64,000 bases of DNA from Ylistrum balloti (taxonomy: Eukaryota), in the NCBI RefSeq assembly GCF_031769215.1, contig NW_026782132.1, positions 1,364,001 through 1,428,000 on the forward strand, in the 5' to 3' direction. Numbering within the stretch: the stretch's first letter is position 1; each line of letters begins with the position of its first letter. Positions 37,255 through 49,965 of the stretch are shown one piece after another. A model generated the notes under the pieces. That model was given only the letters and a program-made list of their open reading frames with translations, searched no databases and had not been told where the DNA came from. Position numbers and translations under genes: made by a program.

Positions 37255-37800
37255 CTATTTCATGTTTCTATCCCCATCTCACATCCTCGGCCACATCATA
37301 CTATTTCACGTTTCTATCTCGATCTCACATCCTCGTCCCCATCATACTATTTCACGTTTCTATCCCCGTCTCACATCCTCGTCCCCATCATACTATTTCA
37401 CGTTTCTATCCCCGTCTCACATCCTCGTCCCCATCACACTATTTCACGTTTCTATCCCCGTCTCACATCCTCGTCCCCATCACACTATTTCACGTTTCTA
37501 TCCCCGTCTCACATCCTCGTCCCCATCACACTATTTCACGTTTATATCCCCGTTTCACATCCTCGTCCCCATCACACTATTTCACGTTTATATCCCCGTC
37601 TCACATCCTCGTCCCCATCATACTATTTCACATTTCTATCCCCGTCTCACATCCTCTTCCTCATCATATTATTTCACATTTCTATCCCCGTCTCACATCC
37701 TCGTCCCCATCATACTATTTCACGTTTCTATCCCCGTCTCACATCCTCGTCCCCATCATACTATTTCACATTTCTATCCCCTCCTCACATCCCCATCCCA
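37255..37800. repeat. 46-bp pyrimidine-rich minisatellite, ~12 copies
   Basis: Unit tcacatcctcgtccccatcatactatttcacgtttctatccccgtc (period checked at 37325/37371); it explains the 195-aa ORF. Confidence 0.93.
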
Positions 37801-38174
37801 GTTTATATTGTAATTACATTGCCAAGACACTATCTATATGTATGCATCCATCTTTTGTAATCTCCAATAAAAGAACTTTATTAGTTGGAACAAGTTGTGT
37901 TCAATCATTATGTTTGAAAAAAATATATTATGTTTAAACCGACTTTCATGTGGCTAAATATAAGCCTTGTCGTTCAGTTCAAATTCACTAACGTAAACAA
38001 AAGTTCGTTAAATTATCAAATTTGATTTCAATATATCTTATACCACAACGCTTGTTGAAATCATACAGGACCGTCCATGCACGTCCAGTTCTAAATCTGT
38101 TGAAATGATAACGAAAAATAGCTTCACAGTTGATCATAGAAAATTGAGGTTTATTAACATTTAACAGTACAAGA

Positions 38175-41100
38175 TTAGAGGGCAGCTATTTTAGCCTTGA
38201 GGCTGCTGGGGACCAAGACGTGATTTATCTTGTGGACGACTCCGTTAGTAGCACTCATGTCTCTATCAGTGACGCGGGCACCGTCAACCGACAAGGAGTA
38301 TCCTATAACAAACAAACGCAAACATGACGTACCACTACAAACAACGACGGAAACAATGGCGGCCAGTTAATGCAGCTTCATTGTTCTTTATTTAAGTCAT
38401 TGTATGAAAATAGTTTAGTCAATCTACTCCTAAATAATTGTAATGCCGTTTTGTCGTAACCATACCAAATTCAGTTTTGAACTACCGACTCATGTTGCAA
38501 AGGTATAGGAATACAGCAAGTAACAGACACAAATTGGAATTGCTCCCCCGCCCCTTACAATAGAATAAAAATAACCATACGATCGTCAGAAAAATGACAG
38601 TGATAAACATTGGTCCTATGTTAACATTCATGAATGTTACGAATGTCAACTGAATAATCATAACCAAACCAAAAATCTAGTTTACATTGGTTGGCAAATA
38701 ATTAAACATTACAATCCATGGAAGACATGACGGAATTATCACCAAAGTTTCAAAAACTGAAAAAGACAACAAGGTTTCAAAATTGGGCCATCATAATCAT
38801 ATGTTTACAAAAAGCAAGGAGATTGTCCCACTGAAAAAAAAGCCAGTATTTTTGGAAATTATAAAAACGCTCCTCGTCAAAACATTGATACAGTACCAAA
38901 TTTGGTCAAGCAGAAAAAAATATATAAATACGTATTTATACAATCTCAAATAATCGATAACTTCAGCGCGCAGAGTTACTACATTCTATGTAAATAACCA
39001 TTACACTAATTTAAACTTGAAACGGCATAAATCACCTTGCTTACTGAAACCGCTACCGACAAAAATATAAAATGTTCGGGCCACACACAAAGATCTTATC
39101 TTGACAATGTAATGACGTGAGAACATCACTTCCACAGTTTCTATATATAACGACTAGGTTACAACAGCATCAACATTCAAATCATACAATATTCAATCAC
39201 GGTCTTTGATAATCATACTTAAAAAATAATTATGTGAATATCTATTTCAAAAGTTTTTAAACATATTCACCTGTGAATGAGGCATACAGCCTCTCACGAT
39301 CGTCTTGTTCCAGGGTGTTAAGATACTCGGAGTGCATACCCGCGGAGTACAGAGAACCGTGGATCACATGGTACTTCAAAACATCTGAAATGTAAAACCC
39401 GTGAAATTCAGGCTCCAGGTCAGTATCAATTGCCGCTGGTGCTGCTCGATTCGACGTGTTCGGCGTGACGGGCAAATCGAGTGCACCCGCCGATATCAAA
39501 CGACTGTTTCCACATTTACAATATGATACACAAAAGACAGAATGAGGTGTTACTTTTTAGGCGGCATCGTTGTGTAGAGCCGTTGTTTACAAAAAAGTAT
39601 ATTACAGCTTACCCTTATTGCCTATGTTCTCTTTTTATTAAAATGAAAAAAAATAACAGTGTATGTCTCTGTTTGATTTAAATTGATTTACAAGTTACGT
39701 CGCGAATGACAATGCGATTGTATCGTTAACTAATTTCAGTAGACACTATTTTGATCGTTTGTCTGGGTACATAATATGACTGATATGGACTTCCGGTTAA
39801 CAAGAAACTGTCACGGTATATAACATGGCAGTTATCGACTTCCGGTAAACAAGAAACTATCGCAGTACACAGCATGACCGTTATCGACTTCCGGTAAACA
39901 AGGAATTGTCTCGGAGGACAACCGGGCCATGACTGGCTTAACGAAATATTACGGATTTAGATATTAATTGTGACTTAATAAGAAAACTTATATTTCATAT
40001 CATTTGTTTGAAGGACCAATTTGAAGCTGAAATAAATTCTTCTACAGCGTACTAAAATTGTCCTAACTATACTCTGTTGTCATTGTTCCAGTTTAATGAA
40101 AGACTTTATAAAACGCCTACTGCATATTACCTGCTAAAATATCTGGATTAGCTAGAAGTTTAGAAACGGTTTCATTTCCAAGACTTGCAAAAGCATTGTC
40201 GTCAGGCGCCATAACAGTGATGGGTCCATCTGTGGGGAAAAAATAACATCTTTAGCTCTTTCGCTACACATGTATGTATTATCTTCCAATCGAGGATTTT
40301 TCGAAGATTTTATATAAATAATCAGTCTCCTGATGACGAGTCATCTCGTTGGATAAACACTGACCAAGCACGAAAGATACATGAAACAATACCGATCAAG
40401 GAAACGTTGAAGAGGATAGTTGTGGGGATTCAATCGTATAAACCTCTATCATTTCACTGGTAAGGAAGTCTATTAGTTGATCAAAAGGTTTTAATGATAT
40501 TGTTTTGCAACATCTTCGTGGAAGAGAATAGTCATATCTTTGTTACAGGTCGAAAATAACCTCATTGGTAATTTGCTAGATATATTTTAATATGTCTGGC
40601 CAATAAACAGAAATAAATCATTGCATATTGATTTCGAAATCAGGATTTAGAGTTGCTGTGAAATACAGCATTAGATATACACACATCTTTATACATAATT
40701 GTGAGATGTGGGGAAATCTCTTGCCATGCTTATTTACCGCAATTTTTCCCTCAAAGAAAATAGTTATTTTTAAAAACAAATCGAACTGACTGTAGGTTCA
40801 TTGACGTACAGTGGTATGGATCGACTGGTCACATATATCTGTCCGTTTATCATACCTGCGAGGGCGTCGACTAAACCAGCGGCTTGAGCAGCAGCAATGA
40901 GTGTGTTGAAACTTCCATCGGCTTGTAGTACATCGACAACAGATCCTTTTGGTGGCATAAGCACTTGACTTACGCGATGTATAACTCCATTACTGACGAT
41001 CTTATCAGCATACGTGATTGTGGCACCCTCTATCGTGATTCTCTGTAAATAACAATTCTTACGTAATGATGTTTATTAAAATGAAAAGAAAGTATTCCAC

Positions 41101-43573
41101 AACTTAATTCATTTCAGTTGACTACAAAATACACATTACATAAAGGTTTACAGCCGGTACAAACATTACAATAATAATCCATTGCGCCATTACAATGGCG
41201 AATAGTGTTGTCGTAAATTCATCTCCATTGTCATAGCTATACAGATAAAACTGCATCCTGTATATATTTCGTCCTTCAGTGCATTGACGGGGGGAATGGA
41301 AATAAATACTTGAAATATAGAGGGGAAATATATATATATATTAACGATATTAACGTTTATGAAAATCTAATTTGTTTGTGCATCATGAAGCCAGGCCAAG
41401 AATGAAAGGAATCTAGATATGGCCATTATCGATATGACAAGTCTATAGGACTTAACTATTCCATAAACAATATATTTTACAGCTGCCTCTCTAACAATCT
41501 CATATTCAAACATCAAAATATGACTTTCAAGTACCATTTTGTTTCTTTATTTTTATTTTTGACACCATACATTTATCGGAAATCGATAAGGTGTTTCAAG
41601 AACAAAGATAGATCGTTATTATATTCTGTTAGAGTGTTCAAAAGACACAGAAGTGAAAAGCACCTTTAAATACAAATTTAGATTGAGATACAGTAAAACC
41701 AGACAATTACTTAACTGTAGCATATAACTGTTTCGTGATATATAGGACTCGTCAGTGTTACTAAGGACCAAAAGTTTGAAACGTTGTAGGCGACTGAGAA
41801 AAATCCAAAGAGATGAAAAGATATGTGAAAATCTAGACGTAATGATGATATTTCTTAATTATGATATATAACATCAACTGATAGCATTATCACCTAAAAT
41901 CATGCTGAAATTGTCACCTTCCTTGTTTTAACGCATGGCAGGTAAATCGGATCCAGTAAACGTTTAAACTCTATTAGGTTTTTATCACAGAGAAAGGCCC
42001 GTTCAATATCACGATAAGGGTGATTGTGATAAGAAAACTTACACGTTTGTACATATAGTCGTTGACTCTAAGTTGATCTCCAGTCAGTGTCTCCAACATC
42101 ATTTCATTAACCTTCAAATCATCCATTTTGTACGTGCCACTGACCACGTGATACTTGAGGATTTCTGCCAATGCATTGGTATCGTTCTTCAGCATTGTGA
42201 GGGTCGCCGACGGGAGCTTGGAGAAGGCAAGGTCATCAGGAGCGAATAATGTAAATGGCCCTGGATAGGTAAAATAATCTCCATGTAAGAACAAAAGCTA
42301 TGTCATAATATTTTAACTTTTGCCAAGCACACCGAGTGTCTACAAAGTTGGTGGTAAAAAGACTATAGGTGTTTTACAGATGTATGAAAGTAAAGCTGAT
42401 ATAGAGTTGCCATAGAAATCGTCTAGCGGATAGTGCTCTCAAGGTACATGTTTCTGGATGGTTGTTTCAGGCATACAAAATTATCTCCCCTGGTGACAAA
42501 GGCTTACCGGGCACCAGGACAATTGCCCCCCCCCCACCCTCTGGTAACAAAGGCTTACCGGGCACCAGGACAATTGCCCCCACCCCCCTCTGGTGACAAA
42601 GGCTTACCGGACACCAGGACAATTGTCCCCCTCTGATAACAAAGGCTTATTGGGCACCAGGACAATTGCCCCCCCCCCTCTGGTGACAAAGGCTTACCGG
42701 ACAATTGTCCCCCTCTGATAACAAAGGCTTACCGGACAATTGTCCCCCTCTGATAACAAAGGCTTATTGGGCACCAAGACAATTGCCCCCCTCTGGTAAC
42801 AAAGGCTTACCGGGCACCAGGACAATTGACCCCTTCCCCCCGATAACAAAAGTCAATTGAAATAGTTTACCGCATACTTAAATTGACCTAGTTCCATATA
42901 TGTTAGATACTCATTCAACATAGCTTACTGGTCCCAAACGGAAAATTCAAATCGAAATCAGCTCGCATTCATGCATTAAAGAGGGTTCGGAAATATTTGT
43001 TTGAAGAATATTTTGACGAGTTAAGTAGAATGTTGATAGTCTTACAAGTTTGTCAAGCAAGCATCGTTTGATTAATTGATTTGATGGAAATAACGGAACG
43101 AAAACATGGTACCGTACTGTATCGAATATAATTACTCGTGAGAAAACATTGTAACAATCCAAACTGTATTCATTGTCGAAAAGATATACAAGACAAGTTC
43201 ATCATCGACATAAGGCAATCCCTGATATTTAAAGGACAATGGGTACCTTTGTGTAAACATTAGGTCCCTGACAGCTGCTTTAATGTACAGATTGATACTT
43301 TTTTTTAATTGATTATTGATAAACTCATCAAATTAACAACTAGACATATAAAGATATAGTTTATAATATATTTGGATAACACATAATACATTATATTAAT
43401 AATTCTCAGATTAAATGTGGCAAACCTCCAGTGGCGAGGACATCTGTGAGTCCCGCCTGTTGGATTAGGGCGACTAGTGTCTGTTCTCGCGAGCTGGCTT
43501 TCAAAGCATCTATAATGGTATCATTGGTCTGGGCGAAGACACAGGGCAACAATACAGCTAGTAGAACAAGCAT
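38175..43573 (-). CDS. Secreted two-domain fasciclin (FAS1) protein B, 297 aa
   Basis: Exons (-): 43426-43573, 42043-42260, 40856-41042, 40131-40229, 39271-39384, 38175-38302 (894 nt, phases 1,0,1,1,1). Signal MLVLLAVLLPCVFA; FTLFAPDDLAF and ITVMAPDDNAF; LKYHV twice; NGVIHRVSQVL and NGVVHKINHVL. Confidence 0.95.
39787..39915. repeat. Three ~49-bp direct repeats, each carrying ACTTCCGG
   Basis: gacttccggttaacaagaaact / gacttccggtaaacaagaaact / gacttccggtaaacaaggaatt in intron 4 of FAS1-B. Confidence 0.75.
41718..41763 (-). ncRNA. Minimal type I hammerhead ribozyme relic, copy C (catalytic core letters intact)
   Basis: Minus strand TAGTAACA CTGACGA GTCC TATATA TCAC GAAA CAGTTA TA TGCTA: CUGANGA and GAAA intact; helices I-III weakened. 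Sense orientation within FAS1-B intron 2. Confidence 0.6.
42487..42845. repeat. 34-51-bp minisatellite with variable C-runs, ~8 copies, in intron 1 of FAS1-B
   Basis: Core ctggtgacaaaggcttaccgggcaccaggacaattg followed by C-runs of variable length. Confidence 0.9.
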
Positions 43574-44209
43574 GGTGACGGTCGTTATGGCAGAAACTCG
43601 GGGCACTGACTGGTCTGTTTGCTGTGGCACTGTTCAACTGATAGTTCTTATCACTCCGATATCAGGGTCTACTTAGGGGTCATGACCTAACGCCCTCGAC
43701 TGCACCCTAATTTCTTTACAGGAGCTTTGTTGTATCATAGGAAAGTTATTTATTTAATTGAGTAATTACTTGTATTCAGCGGTAAGGTTTATACAACGTA
43801 TTTTATGTTGAGAACAATTAGATCTTGTAAGGTTATGGATAATTTACATTTTGGTCAAACATGGACAAAATTTACAGAAAATAAGTACACAAATCACACG
43901 TGTGATAAATCGTACGGTACCCTAGAGTTCACGCAATTGTGCTTCACATTTCACGTGGACATATGTAACAATGATTCCATAAATGAAGCCTTACTGTAGG
44001 ACAATAATTGGAACCTCGGTTACACAACATATGGGATTTACCACACGTAACCAGAACGGATAGATCACGAATACTGTATTGCGACACACAGAGATAAGGT
44101 ATATATCGGAGCACTGACGTCATTCCGTGAACATGACATCTGTACTTATCCAGGTTTTGTCCATTTTTGTGGCCGTTCGAGCTGAGCCGAGTCGTGTCCC
44201 TGTCTGACA

Positions 44210-47200
44210 ATGAAGACTAGTCTTGTTTTTCTTTCCATCCTCTCACTGGCGGCAGCCACACTGCCTAACCTAGTGGATCTCGCTAACGCCAATAATGCTA
44301 CCACACTTACACAGTTCCTCGCTACAGCAGGACTTGATGACGTCATCAGGGATCAAGGTACACGTATCATGTTGAGATATTATTAGATTTCATATAAATT
44401 ACTTAATTTCTATCTAAAAGTATCGCGAATTTAAGAATATATATAAATTGTCAAAGAATGAGTTTCGGTAATGCGATGACTCTCTTCAACATAATCAAAG
44501 ACGTGTATTTATACAATCTATTGAGAAACCATTGAATGATTACCATCAGAAATACTGTTGTTGAAAAATAAATAATAACTACCCTCTTATCGGTGTTTTA
44601 CAAATCGTCACGAGGATTCTTTTTATCATTAGTCTATCCGGCCTCATTATTCTTAAATAAAATCGAAACTTAAGTATGGTCCTATCATATAACCAGTTCT
44701 CCTGTTCTGCGTCAGTGGAATGTTTTACAGTTGGAAAACATTCTTCACAAACAATTTTCTTAATTTCTTAATTCATGAACGTATTTTAACGTTTGGTAAA
44801 GTATGTTTTAGGATTAAAAATAATAAAACTTATGAATGACATTGTAAATGAACCCTGTTGCAGGCCCTTTCACCATTATTGCTCCTGTTGACTCTGCATT
44901 TGCCAAGATTCCAAGTGAGGTTGCCGCCAACCTTACCGCTAACCCAAATGAGTTAGCTAACGTTCTCCAGTACCATGTTGTCAAGGGAGAGATTTTCACC
45001 TTTGACCTTCGATCCGGACAAGTCCTGACAAGTTTGAACGGACATTCCATTAGAGTATACATGTCTGGAAATGTAAGTCCCTTCTTCAGGGTTAAACTTT
45101 TGATATCAAATACATTCAAATTATTACATGTAAAACTTAGCTGAGCAAAGTATCAGTAAAAGAAGCATGATGTTAATTCTAGTAACTATAGCCACAATCA
45201 CATTAAAGATACAAATCCAAGATTTGAATAAGTATAGTATTCTTATCAAAAATGGTACAGGGTAAAAGTTGAATGGAATAATAATCTTTCAATTAATTCC
45301 ATCTTCACAGCAAATCTTCTTCAACCAAGCCAGGGTCGTGTCCATGGATGTACTTCAGGGCTCTAACGGAGTTATCTACCTTGTTGATGAAGTCCTAAGT
45401 GTCCCCGAGGGAACCATTGACCAGATACTCATGAATCCTGATTATGAAATTAGTGAGTTCCTCGAACTCGTCAAGGTGGCGCGTCTAGAGGGCGCCCTGA
45501 ACAGGACTGCAGGTACGAATACTGACCAAGAACTGAGTATAGAATAATATCAAGATAACTGCTACACTGATTTTTTGTTTTGAATGACTCTAAGGAGTGA
45601 AAATACTCACTTCCGGTGCATTAAAAAATGTTCTTTTTATATTCAAGTTCCTACAATTTGTAATTCATGAACAAATATGATTGAAAATAATTTACATGAT
45701 TGAAAAAATATATTAGCACATTATTCGTGCAGAACAACGAAAATGTAATCACCATTCTTATCATACAGAAGTCTTTATTGTATTCTGTTATAACAGTATA
45801 AGGAATTCATACAAACCAACAAAAATGATCTTTGTATGATAAAATAATGTGTTTCCAGGAACAAGATACACAGTATTCGCACCGACTAACGCCGCCATCA
45901 ATTCTCTGGATCCCTCCATTCTCCAGAAAATCAAGTCCAGCTATTCCCTGACTCATCGTAAGTTTCTTATATCTCATCACTAATATTCAATGTATCAACC
46001 TTATTACTCCGCGCTTGTGTGTGTTTGTATGGATGTCTAGGTTATTTGTTGAAATATGTTGTTCACCTCTGTTGCTATGATGATTTATATAAGTATGCGA
46101 AAAAATCACTGTCAAAAAGGCAACAATCCACTTTAAGTTGATAAAAAGACGATACCACAACGACTGACTACTTTTTAAATAACTGTACGTTAAAATCTAA
46201 CTAGGTTGAAATGGATCCTCATTTGTGTGCGTGTGTGTTTGTTTGTTTGTGTGTGCGCGCACAGTGATCGTTGAACGTTCATAATCCTATCTGTTCAGTT
46301 AAACGCAAGGTATGAAATACCGTACTAATATCCCGTTTTTGTACGTGTATGATTTCTGCAATCATGCATTTCAGTTTCCTATTGGCGTTGAGCTCAGTAT
46401 TTTTCAAAAGTAATGAATGTTCAAAATATCTTCGAGAAATGTTCTGATTCAAGGACAACATTGCTTTGACATGATGTAACATACACTTGTATGCAAACAA
46501 CTCAGTTCGTGTTCTTGACAAATCACAGACCTGGCGTAAAAAAGGAGCTTTAGGGTGTTGTATTCAAAAAGTAGCATTTATCTCGGGTACACCTACACCG
46601 CGTATATTTGGTGATATAAGCATATCCAAATATACAGCTTATGTAGTGAACACAATAATGTCATAGTTTATATTATTAAGGAGTCGGTGAAACGCCTGTT
46701 GATAGATGTTTTCACTGGTTCATCATCTTTCCGTCTTTCAACAGGTTTGGTCGATTACCATATCCACCGCGGTACCCTCCACGAGAAATCTCTCGATCAC
46801 AGCGGTCACATAAGCACCATGTACACTGGTCACTCCATTACATTAACCGTCGGTTCAGGTCAGTATTCAGGAATTGCTTTTTACGGCCATTTTGTTCTTG
46901 GTCACAAAGTAACACATCGTGAACAAGTCATTCAACGTAATGTTGATCAGTTATCAATTATTTGCTCGATCATAAATCGAACATATCAAGAAAAAAACTT
47001 GATATTGCTCAATCTATCTAGTCGTTACTATGGTAAGTACCTAATAATTTACACGACTACTGTTTGGCACAGTTTTATACTGATTGTGATGCTCTTTTTC
47101 CTAGATGGCGTCGCAAAGCTTAACAACGTGGCAACGTTACAAGAAACTGACATCGAGGCTGAAGATGGCGTCGTTCATGTAATCAGCCACGTGCTCATTC

Positions 47201-47232
47201 CTAGTACACTTTTCTCTTCTATTGTTGGATGA
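44210..47232 (+). CDS. Secreted two-domain fasciclin (FAS1) protein C, 299 aa
   Basis: Exons 44210-44357, 44864-45072, 45311-45512, 45859-45957, 46745-46858, 47105-47232 (900 nt, phases 1,0,1,1,1). Signal MKTSLVFLSILSLAAA; FTIIAPVDSAF and YTVFAPTNAAI; LQYHV; NGVIYLVDEVL and DGVVHVISHVL. Confidence 0.95.
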
Positions 47233-47384
47233 ATGTTTCTGTGAATAATTTGACGCGACACGGGCAAACAACAAATAAATTAATTCAAACTGTTAAAGAT
47301 GAGTTTCGTTTGTTTATTATACATATAAATATATAAATGCTACCTACGCTGGGCATTTGCAACAAATGTCCAAGGCAAATTCGA

Positions 47385-47442
47385 CCATGTTTCTCGAAAG
47401 GTCATGTGTCTTCTGCCTTAACGACGACCTTCGTCATGTAGA
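47385..47442 (-). mobile_element. Solo PLE 3'-tail core, inverted orientation
   Basis: Reverse complement reads catgacgaaggtcgtcgttaaggcagaagacacatgacctttcgagaaacatggtc, alignable to catggctggtgtcgtcgatgaagcagaagacccttactcttcctaaacacatggtc at 22858-22913. Confidence 0.55.
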
Positions 47443-48789
47443 GTTCGATGCCGGTCCAAATAATGTCTCACAATTGAAATAGGGTTCAAAGTCTATAAAG
47501 CGAAGACCAAAAAGGGACTAGGGGATGGCGTCCACGGATACTTCTGAAATATTTAATTAGAATAAAACCTTCAGATACCTTCTTAACCACACTGAGAAAC
47601 ATCAATTAGCATTGTAACATTTCTCATATTACACTTGTTCATTTAAATCGTGTCTTTCATTTATAAGCCATTTTGATAAAATTTGATAGGTCTCATAACA
47701 CTACATTCACTGACTTTAAAAGGTGAATCTAGGTCTAGTTATATAATGTTTCTTCAGAAGTCGTATCTCAATCTGAATCGCATTCCTCTTCAATTTCACC
47801 GCTGTGACAATATGCAAAATTATTGCTATATAATAAACATATCGTTTAATATCAATATTTATAGATGAATTGATTTACTATTTTATATTCCTTCAAATTA
47901 AAAATTTTTGATATTCTGTTTTTACTGATTAAATAGTGTTGTCATATGCAAGATCAAAAATTCAAACTCGTCTTATTATTTTTTTTCTGTCATCTTTTGT
48001 TGCCAAAAGTGGACACACTGCTATATGAATTGTAGACATTACAGTGCAAGTGCACCCAGATATTTATACATTTAAATGTGATTTTGTAAGTATTTTCTTT
48101 GTTCATGTCGTTATTTTAGTTCTTATCAAAATGTCCAATAACAGTGTTTTGTTTCCAATTTATAGGGAATGATGGTAATCAGTTTAAGATCTTTTTCACA
48201 ACGTATATATCCATTACATATTAAAAATAACGAACCGTTCATCAGTTTTGAAAACAAAGGTTCACTATCTTTTCCATGGATTCTAGGATAAACTAATTGT
48301 ATATCCTGCCAATTCCACTACACATTCTTTCTCAATTAATGTTTCGTAACGTCGTGCTTATCTATGACAATTATCGTCCGAAATTATGAAAAGTTCCTCC
48401 ATACAACCTTAATGCGATGAGTCTTGGTTAGGACCAACTATGACACCGTCCATTCGTCGGAGCGCTCACCCTGATTCATATGCCCGTTGGAAGTCCGATA
48501 TCTCCCGGAAGAAATTAGTGTGAAAGAGCTAGTTGATCACTTAGAGTGATGAACTACAACAGGGCCAGTACAAAGACAAACAACTCCATCGATACTATCA
48601 TTTAGACGCATTCTTATAAAATAAAGACAAATTTCTCATTAAAGAGTTCATAGTAAAAGCCATAAATAACAAATGAACGATGTTGTTGTTCAGTAATTTA
48701 TTTCTTTTAAAAAATCTGTTTTTAACAAGTATATTTAAAATAGTTCATTTCTAATAGTTAAGTCAATTTACCTTGTCCCCATAGAAATA

Positions 48790-49370
48790 TCGCAATTTAT
48801 GCTGAAACATCATTCACCAACCCCTGCAGAAAGTGTGCGGAATCTGCCTCTAAAAGATTCAGACTCAACAAAGTCCGCCTGGTGTACTTCTGATCAACTG
48901 AGTCTATCTGTCTGAGAGCTGTTTTATTGCATCATCTTCCGTAAGAATGGAATGTACGTTTTCCTGTCAAATCTTAACTGTACTGGCTATATAACTCTCT
49001 GTAACTCGCCTTTCAGCCATAACAATATCATTGACTTTGATAACCATTTCTGGGGTTACAACATGACAGGCCTTCCAGGACGGGCGTCAATCCCAAAGGC
49101 TCTGCCTGCCACGCTAAAATTATGCCATCCACCTTTTCACTGTAGCATATGGTTTGGATATCCTTCGGTGCTGGACATTTCTTATGCAAATATTGAATCA
49201 CTGTTCTTTCAGCGATTTTGTAGTTTTTGCTACCTCTTCGACATAAATTGAACAAATAACACCAGTCTCCGGGACATAGCCGTAAATATTCAGGGAAAAG
49301 TAGAGCTGTAAAAAGGCATCACTGCTGAAGTTCTTCAATACAAGACTCACAACTTATCTATCAGTCCTCG
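48790..49370 (-). mobile_element. Mariner-type transposon, 5' fragment with decayed transposase N-terminus
   Basis: Terminus TA|CGAGGACTGATAGATAAGTTGTGAG at 49372-49346. Frameshifted pieces IAERTVIQYLHKK, GIDARPGRPV, YIASTVKI*QENVHSILTED and DQKYTRRTLLSLNLLEADSAHFLQ match the mariner HTH/linker region. No catalytic region or second TIR found. Confidence 0.8.
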
Positions 49371-49965
49371 TACACGTAACAAATGCTAATGCGTTATGAT
49401 GCGTAAGTAATGTTTGACTTGAAGACTTCGAGATAATGATATTCAGAGAAAACATTGTATAGACACCTGTTAATATCAAACCATAACTATATTGTCATAA
49501 CAGCAATAATATGTTTGTTCTTAATTTCATATATTCTATCCTATTACTGAATATATATGAGGTTTATATATAATGCAGACAGAGATTACCACATCAAGAT
49601 TACATGACAGATATATTCTCTAACAGATAAACTTTGTTCATTTAGTAATTTAGACACCAAGTAATGATTATGTTTTATACCATGAACTTACACAATAAAC
49701 ATTCAAACTTCATAAAGTCAAAAATTGTTCGTCTTATATGTCCGAAATCCAAGGGACATTGCGGCCATCAAATACAAATGGTAGTCGTTATTATATTTTC
49801 TTTGATTAGGATTTATAATCACTAAGGAATTGCTGGTTCATGAATGCTTATTGCGGCCTGACCTACTACCGTCTTTTCACGGAAAAAAAGCTAAAGATAG
49901 ATGGCTGAATATCATCTTAAAATAGTTCCTTTCAGATAGATATGTAGATCCAAAACGTCAATCTA

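Noticed and set aside
4103-37813. Regular 22-62-bp repeat arrays as possible CRISPR arrays
   Set aside because: Units are contiguous with no unique spacers, there are no cas genes, and the context is an intron-rich eukaryotic genome.
37226-37813. 195-aa His/Pro/Ser-rich ORF
   Set aside because: It coincides exactly with the 46-bp minisatellite; the periodic translation is an artefact. The same applies to the ORFs at 7167-7720, 23217-23502, 29659-30023 and 42433-42636.
39410-39500. GC-rich in-frame extension upstream of FAS1-B exon 5, with an 8-bp hairpin
   Set aside because: The canonical acceptor at 39385-39386 gives the 114-nt exon conserved in all three paralogues, and the hairpin is too short to support an ncRNA call.
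48230-48620. GC-balanced stretch next to the mariner fragment
   Set aside because: No frame gives mariner catalytic motifs or any other recognisable protein; left unannotated.
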